A DNA stretch of 64,000 nucleotides from Eledone cirrhosa (Eukaryota): assembly GCA_964016885.1 (NCBI GenBank), contig OZ024741.1, positions 176,018,001 through 176,082,000 on the forward strand, read 5' to 3'. Positions 55,384 to 64,000 of this stretch are shown here, in pieces. Under the pieces are notes generated by a model, which saw only the letters and a list, made by a program, of their open reading frames with translations, had not been told where the DNA came from and made no database searches. The translations under genes were made by a program, and so were the position numbers. Position 1 is the first letter of the stretch. Every line of letters begins with the position of its first letter.

Positions 55384-55635
55384 ATATATATATATGTGTA
55401 TATATACACACACACACACATATATATATTATATATATGTATATATGTATGTATAGATATATATTATGTATATATGTTACATAAATATGTATATATATAT
55501 ATTATATATATATGTATATATATATATATTATATATATATATATTATATATATATATATACATATATACAGTAATAATAATAAATTTGAAGACATAATAT
55601 ATATATATATATAATGTATATATATATATTATATA

Positions 55636-55693
<58 letters not shown>

Positions 55694-56203
55694 CACACAG
55701 ACACACATATATATATATGTGTGCATGTGTTTGTGTGTGATTTAATTTTCTACACTTTAATTTATTAAATAATGACCGTTAATTACATTTCAGAGGCGTC
55801 AAGCGATAGATAAGTTAAAATAACAAATCGAACCTGGCATCATCAGACAGTATTTCAAACCGTTGGTGATATGCACATCGTATGAGGCAAGTTGTTGATC
55901 GTTCGAAATTTAGTCAAGATATATATATGCTGCTTTGTAAACAGATCCGTACTGAGGGTCCTGCTCTACTCCGCCTCCGAATGCAGGAATCGATGTCTTA
56001 TAAGACGTTGAATTAATTCTGAAGGTGTTTCGGTCCCTTCCCCCATATATGGAGTCATATGACCGTCGTGGATACTCTAAATATGGCGGATTAAGACTAA
56101 ACACATTTCATTTCTTCCAGAGAAAGAAAGTGATTCAGGGAAAATAAGAGAAATCGAGAAATCTACATACACCCACATCCACATATATATAGGTAGATCC
56201 CTT

Positions 56204-56270
<67 letters not shown>

Positions 56271-56369
56271 TTACAATATTGACATAAACAGGTACTCAAG
56301 TTTTGTTGGGTTCTGGGCCCACACTCATTCAACCAGTCATCAGAAAAATAAGAACAAAGATGGCCGCCT

Positions 56370-56950
56370 TTTGTTGGTGCAAGAGTATCCTATTTTTATT
56401 GTATGGCGATTAAATATCTTTCGGTATTTATGGCCAACGGGGAAATGAAAAACCTAGACATAAAGATGTCATATGGTTCGCACGACCTTTCTCACTGAAC
56501 GTGAAAACAAATGGAGGCAAACAATCTTTAAGCCTTATAGATCTTCATTTCCCTGGTGGCCATAAATACCGAAAGATATTTAATCGCCATACAGTAAAAA
56601 TAGGATATTCTTGCACCAACAATGCAAAAACCTACATCACCGGCAAACACAAAAGCCCTCCACCGTACGGATTCTCATGTAGACCACCTGAAACATGTCC
56701 ACTAGACCAACAGAACAACATTCCGGCAGTGATTTGCCAAGCAGTCCCACTAAACTGAAATCTGGACCTATGTTGGTATGTCCGAGAGCCGGTTTAAAAA
56801 CCGGTACCTGAATCACGAAACAGCATTCAGATATGCTGATAAAAGATATAACACCCACCCAGCTCGCAAACACATATGGGACCTTAAGACCAGCAGCACG
56901 CACTTTGTTACCTACGTCACCATGTAGACGGGTGCGGCAAAAACTGCTAA
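56370..56950 (+). pseudogene. PLE (Naiad-like) linker and GIY-YIG fragment with a 5' inverted duplication
   Basis: PFSLNVKTN.GK..LSLIDLHFP..HKYRKIFNRHTVKIGYSC; CR...TCPL; TYVGMSESRFKNRYLNH. 56371-56449 is the reverse complement of 56545-56622. Confidence 0.85.
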
Positions 56951-57273
56951 CGTTCCAGGTAAATGTATTTTCTCTAGGTGTTAGCTGTTTTTATTTTGTG
57001 TTCGATTTCTACACGTTGTCTATGTATTCTCTACAAAGTTCTTTCGAAATCGAATTGATTATTGCAACAATCTATCTTTCGTATTTTCATATTGATTTCA
57101 TATTTTTCTTAAAATGTACATATGCGTCAAAAGTTTTCGCCTGTATTGAAATCAAGTGAAAGGGGAGCATTGCCTTGATAATGACCATCACCAAGAATCC
57201 GCCATCGATAATTTCTTCTTGCTTCTGCTCGGACTCACTAGATGGCGCCCAGCCATTAGCTTCCAAAATTTAA

Positions 57274-57494
57274 CCCTTTAGTATTTACATTACTATATAT
57301 ATACTATTGTATTTTCATGGTCGAAACTTTACATCACATAATTATCTAACATAATATCGAATCTATGAGATTTTGCTATTATTTATTTTGAGAAAAATAC
57401 CTTAAAATCAGTATGAGTGGCTACTTCCGGCTGGTTTGAACAGAAAGAAGTGAGAAAATTCTGGTCGGAGATGGCCAATTTAAATGCTAAAGGG
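57274..57494. mobile_element. piggyBac-type MITE
   Basis: TTAA-CCCTTTAGTATTTA ... TAAATGCTAAAGGG-TTAA. Confidence 0.85.
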
Positions 57495-57566
57495 TTAATA
57501 GCTAAATGTTTACAAAGGTTTATTCGTAAAGATACCGTATATCATTAGCTATACAGAATACACACT

Positions 57567-57653
<87 letters not shown>

Positions 57654-58029
57654 GCGCACTCATACATATATGATATATATATGCAATACAATAGATTGAA
57701 GTTGATATAGATTAGATATAGAATATATAACGAGATAGACATCAAAATGAGATCGAATGATATATGTATATTATGGTGATGTGAATGAGTTATTGATCTC
57801 AGCGACGATAATGGATATGAATTAAGGATAGCACAGCTAGAACTATAATTTAAATGATGATTAAATATGGATATAAACAGTCACATGAAAAAGAATGCAT
57901 TAATAGATACATTTTAGGCCTTTGTTTTATAATTCTCTATAAACTGCTAATATACAACAGTAATACCTGTCTCTCTTTCTGTCTGTCTGTCTGCCTCTCT
58001 CTCTCTTTCTCTCTCTCTATCTATATATC

Positions 58030-59094
<1,065 letters not shown>

Positions 59095-59588
59095 TACATC
59101 CCCATGATAGTCACAGTCTGGAGGAAATTGTAAATGAATGAAAGGTATTCATAATGTAACTATTATATTTCTTTTTATCTGTAAAAATTATGCATATATC
59201 TGTTTGTTTTATCTAAAGTACTTCCCTCAGAATTTCGTGTAAGAACCTTTATTAGGTTAGGCCTGACTATTGCATGTCAAGCATGAATGGTTTACAAACT
59301 ATGTAGTTTACTAGAGAAAACAGTAATAAATTTATAAAACACATTAACGTATTCTATAACTCACCACCAGGAGAAAACCTGTATAACTATATAAATGTGT
59401 GTGGCATATGTGTATATATTTGTGAATATATATATATTTATATGCGTGCGTGTGTGTGTGTTTCTATATATATATATGTAAATGTGTGTGGCATATGTAT
59501 ATATATACATATATATACATATGTATATTTATGTGTATCTGTGGCTGTGTAAAATATATGTGTGTGTGTGGGTGTGTACATATATATT

Positions 59589-59693
<105 letters not shown>

Positions 59694-59863
59694 ATATATA
59701 TATATATGTATATATATATATGTATGTCAAGTAAGTATATTTTGAAACAGTGACCAGGTTTGAAATTAGAAAATAGAATAACTTTCACCGTACTTTTCAA
59801 CTATAGAAATTTTAGTCTGATAATGGGGTTTAGAACCCTCAGATAAATGGAAAAAGATGAGTA

Positions 59864-60262
59864 TTGACGTACATATACGTATGTATATATATGGATCTAA
59901 TAGAGGGTTCGGCATTCTATTTCAAAGAAGGACAACGTTTTATAGTAAAAGACAATTTCACATGCGCATCAGAAAACCTAATATATGTATTAACTTGCTC
60001 AGGTTGTCGAGAACAATACATAGGCCAGACCAAAAACACCCTCCGCCAACGCATGACTGTCCATAGATCCCAAATTAAAATGCGGGAATACAGGAAAATA
60101 CCACTGAGTGAATACATTGATTCCTGTGTTGCCCAAAATCATCCCAACTTCAGAATCTTTCCCCTCTACAAATTTAAAGATAATGCCAACTACACCCAGC
60201 GCATCAGCAAGGAATCTCACTTTATTAACAAATACGGACCCCGTCTAAACACTTCTCCCTAA
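59864..60262 (+). CDS. 5'-truncated but uninterrupted PLE GIY-YIG endonuclease domain (CxxC type)
   Basis: FTCASENLIYVLTCSGCREQYIGQTKNTLRQRMTVHRSQI...KESHFINKYGPRLN. Real homology starts at about 59895, and a CA-rich 3' region follows. Confidence 0.85.
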   Translation: MTYIYVCIYMDLIEGSAFYFKEGQRFIVKDNFTCASENLIYVLTCSGCREQYIGQTKNTLRQRMTVHRSQIKMREYRKIPLSEYIDSCVAQNHPNFRIFPLYKFKDNANYTQRISKESHFINKYGPRLNTSP

Positions 60263-60799
60263 GGCGAACCCACAACATACACACGTCAACATACATACCT
60301 ACATCAGCATACATCCTACATACATCTCTATCCACATATAAACACAATGACATACGTAAACACACATGTTCTATGGTACAACACAAATATACACAAATTT
60401 GCATACCTTTTGATGTCTATAGATATAAACGTGCCGACACACACACATATATACGCACGCATGCATTGCACACTGATGGGCACATACATATTTGTACACA
60501 AGTATTCCAATACGGCAAGGCCTAATGGGTTCCCCTTGCATTACGTACAATCTTGACACTCACACACACCTTGGTGTTATGACAATACTATATATCATTT
60601 CACACCTTTTATTATTAATGTTTTTGATGTTCTCTTGAGAGAATCGTTTTTGCTGAAAATATCGAATAATGTACACCATTTTTACCAGAATCACAAAAAT
60701 ACTGGTCCACCCACACACACACACACATATAAAAACATACACACATATATACACACACACACATACACTAACATACAAAGACACACACACACACACACA

Positions 60800-60854
<55 letters not shown>

Positions 60855-61562
60855 CTCCGTATAGGACAAGAGCTGAAAAATACCTTTTAACATGTTAAAA
60901 TATCCCCCACACACGTACAGACACATTCCTACTGACCCCTCTACCACGAATTACTCTGCTACACACACACACACACATATTTGTCTTAATAGGCACCTGA
61001 ACTGTTGACCTGTAAACATGACTGCAATTCACACACACATCCCTACTGACCATTATCACAACAATGAACCTCTTTACTACACACACACACACACACATAT
61101 TTGTCTTAAAAGATTTATTTTTCAGTGACTTCTCAATCAGGCGAAAAAAAAAACACTCTTCGACAAACCTACATTTGGCGCAGAATCAATTTTTAACATT
61201 CACGTGACCTATACCGACCAATCAAAATTGTTTTGACCACAAGAATTTTTGCAACACGAATTGGCGCGAAACTTATTTAAAAACCTCTGGAGCCACTTTT
61301 TTCACATAAAACAGGTAGAATTTCCAAAGCTGATCAATTAGAGCAAACATCACGGGCGCTCTATCTCAAAATTATTTTTGAAAAGCATTAGAAATGCGCA
61401 ACCGGTAAAAACTTAAAACCAAAACTGAATACTAACCAATACTTATTACTAATTTTTACTTATTCCTAATTAAACTATTTTTCACTGGGAACAATTTGTC
61501 AGCATTTTCTTTTCCTCTTACCAATATATCACAACTCGTGTGTTACACTTTTATTCTTTCAA

Positions 61563-62488
61563 CCGTTGAACCGGTACGTACTCACGCTCTATGCAAATTA
61601 GTCTGCCCACTACTAATTTTCATAGAAAAAGCATATAACGATATGTGCTTTTACGATTCTCTAGAAAGGCCGGAAGATAGGTAAATATTGCTGATGAGAT
61701 GTAACAACATCGAAACTAATCCAATATTCCTTGTCTGGCTTTCTGGGGAATAGAGGAAAGGTGTTTCCTCAAAAACCAGTATGACTCTAAAAACCGGTTT
61801 GTCTGTGTGTTTACATACAGAATAGCTGGACACTCACAGTAAAGTGACCAGTGAAAAACTCGGTACATCTACATATGTACACGTGTGTGTATTCATATGC
61901 ATACTAGTATTTCAGTATACATATGTGGATGTACATTCTTAACTTAATTGTTTAAGCGTCAGTCATACAAAAGTGAGTTACAAACGAAACGAAATTTAAT
62001 TTCGTTTCGTTATTTGTTTTTATCGTCTCCGTTGAACCGGTACGTACTCACGCTCTATGCAAATTAGTCTGCCCACTACTAATTTTCATAGAAAAAGCAT
62101 ATAACGATATGTGCTTTTACGATTCTCTAGAAAGGCCGGAAGATAGGTAAATATTGCTGATGAGATGTAACAACATCGAAACTAGTCCAATATTCATTGT
62201 CTGACTTTCTGGAGAATAGAGGAAAGGTGTTTCCTCAAAAACCAGTATGACTCTAAAAACCGGTTTGTCTGTGTGTTTACATACAGAATAGCTGGACACT
62301 CACAGTAAAGTGACCAGTGAAAAACTCGGTACATCTACATATGTACACGTGTGTGTATTCATATGCATACTAGTATTTCAGTATACATATGTGGATGTAC
62401 ATTCTTAACTTAATTGTTTAAGCGTCAGTCATACAAAAGTGAGTTACAAACGAAACGAAATTTAATTTCGTTTCGTTATTTGTTTTTA
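61563..62488 (+). repeat. 466-bp tandem dimer (family 466-B) ending in (TA)n
   Basis: ccgttgaaccggtacg at 61563 and 62029; ORF duplicates at 61651 and 62117. Confidence 0.95.
62150..62194 (+). ncRNA. Canonical-core type I hammerhead of 466-B; the copy at 61684-61728 has a stem III G>A change
   Basis: AATATTG-CTGATGA-GATGT-AACA-ACATC-GAAA-CTAG-TC-CAATATT. Confidence 0.9.
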
Positions 62489-62507
62489 TATATATATATA
62501 TATATAA

Positions 62508-62578
<71 letters not shown>

Positions 62579-63204
62579 TGGCAGGTCGCTCTTCAGAACT
62601 ACTGGTAAGGACGTCGGCAACTAACCTGACAGACCCATCCAGCTTCCTTTGTGAGGAGGGTGATTTTGGTTACCCTGCGGAATGAAAAACCGAACCCATA
62701 AATGGCTGAAAAACTCAGGTGAGTCAACGGCCATCCAATAAACTATTTCTTTTTAATGTTGAGCGAGAGACTCATACTTTTTATTAAGACACTTCTCTGG
62801 CAGAGGATCACTCTGATATAAGACCTGCGACTTCATTTGTATCCAATGGTGTAAAGCATTTCTACTTTTTGGGTAAATGCATTCGATGTGCAGAGAGTGG
62901 GATTCGCTCCATACAAAGCCTTTCCTCATTTAAAAAAGCTTCAAGCTCAGGTATTGCTTGATATGTGATATATTTGCAATGCATGGCATTGTTGGCTGTA
63001 GACAACTCCCTAGCAGGACTGATAGGCCACATCTGTGATGCTTATGTTTAAGTATCAAGTGATGGCATTACTCAAAATATTCGTATATATTTGTATGACT
63101 ATATATGTATATATATAAAATTGTATGTATATATGCATTTATATGTATATATATGCATTTATATGTATATATATATAGGTATACATATATATATATTCAT
63201 ATAT

Positions 63205-63247
<43 letters not shown>

Positions 63248-63284
63248 CATATATATACATACACACACACACTTACACACACAT

Positions 63285-63317
<33 letters not shown>

Positions 63318-63318
<1 letters not shown>

Positions 63319-63800
63319 CATCATCATCATCATCATCATCATCAGGTTTAGCGTCCGTGTTCCACGCTTGCATGGGTTTGGACGGGGGTTTTCCCACTTG
63401 AGGCAAGAGTGGTTGTCTTGCTCGCATAGGACTGTCTGGCGGGTTTTCTACAGTTGGATGCCCTTCCTAACACCAACCACATTTACAGTGTGGGGCTGGG
63501 AGGTTTTTACCGTGTTGCCTACACGGCCACATTACAGCGTGGACTGTCTGGCGGGTTTTCTACAGCTGGATGCCCTTCCTAACACCAACCACATTTACAG
63601 TGTGGGGCTGGGAGGTTTTTACCGTGTTGCCTACACGGCCACATTACAGCGTGGACTGTCTGGCGGGTTTTCTACAGCTGGATGCCCTTCCTAACACCAA
63701 CCACATTTACAGTGTGGGGCTGGGAGGTTTTTACCGTGTTGCCTACACGGCCACATTTACAGCGTGGACTGTGTGTTTTTTGTCGTGACACCTACACGAT
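63318..63800 (-). mobile_element. SINE or LINE 3' end with a (CAT)n tail and an internal 112-bp tandem of 3 copies
   Basis: (CAT)n then gtttagcgtccgtgttccacgc. ggactgtctggcgggttttctacag at 63429, 63541 and 63653. Confidence 0.75.
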
Positions 63801-64000
63801 CTCATTTGTTTCGGCCTGGATGTTGTGGGACCAACATAACTTTACATTGAAAGGGGCGGTGTGGGTGGGGTGGAGGTGGTGGGACGGGGGTGTGTTTTGA
63901 TAGAGATGCCTACTGACTGTAGTAGGTTTTTACTTTTAATATCATTGTATATATATATATACAATGATATTAAATAAATGGAAACTATATTTATAAAACC

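Noticed and set aside
55775-55851. Minus-strand HHR-like motif (CTGATGA...GAAA with stem I); similar weak cases at 41335-41395, 47675-47712 and 61330-61402
   Set aside because: One or more stems or core segments are broken. These are probably decayed HHRs but not supportable individually.

Overview
AT-rich eukaryotic non-coding DNA saturated with (TA)n, (CA)n and (AG)n microsatellites. The SINE, MITE and microsatellite landscape suggests an octopus or other cephalopod (inference). I can support no intact host gene, and almost all ORFs in the supplied track are microsatellite artefacts. Recognisable content is decayed mobile DNA: Penelope-like elements (PLEs; RT and GIY-YIG fragments), RTE- and CRE-type LINE fragments, two Helitrons, hAT-like and piggyBac-like MITEs and tRNA-derived SINEs. 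The main signal is a dense community of small non-coding elements inserted into (TA)n tracts. Many carry type I hammerhead ribozyme (HHR) motifs, often with a palindromic stem III. They occur as head-to-tail tandems (units of 466, 466, 591 and 620 bp) or as fold-back inverted structures. Two diverged 466-bp tandem families (44177-47622 and 61563-62488) share unit length, a covarying HHR, an upstream ATGCAAAT octamer block and a fixed TTTA|TCGT insertion boundary. They look like retrozyme-type (circular-RNA-producing, PLE-mobilised) elements with a possible internal snRNA-type promoter. All RNA folds were read by eye, and boundaries of degenerate elements are approximate.
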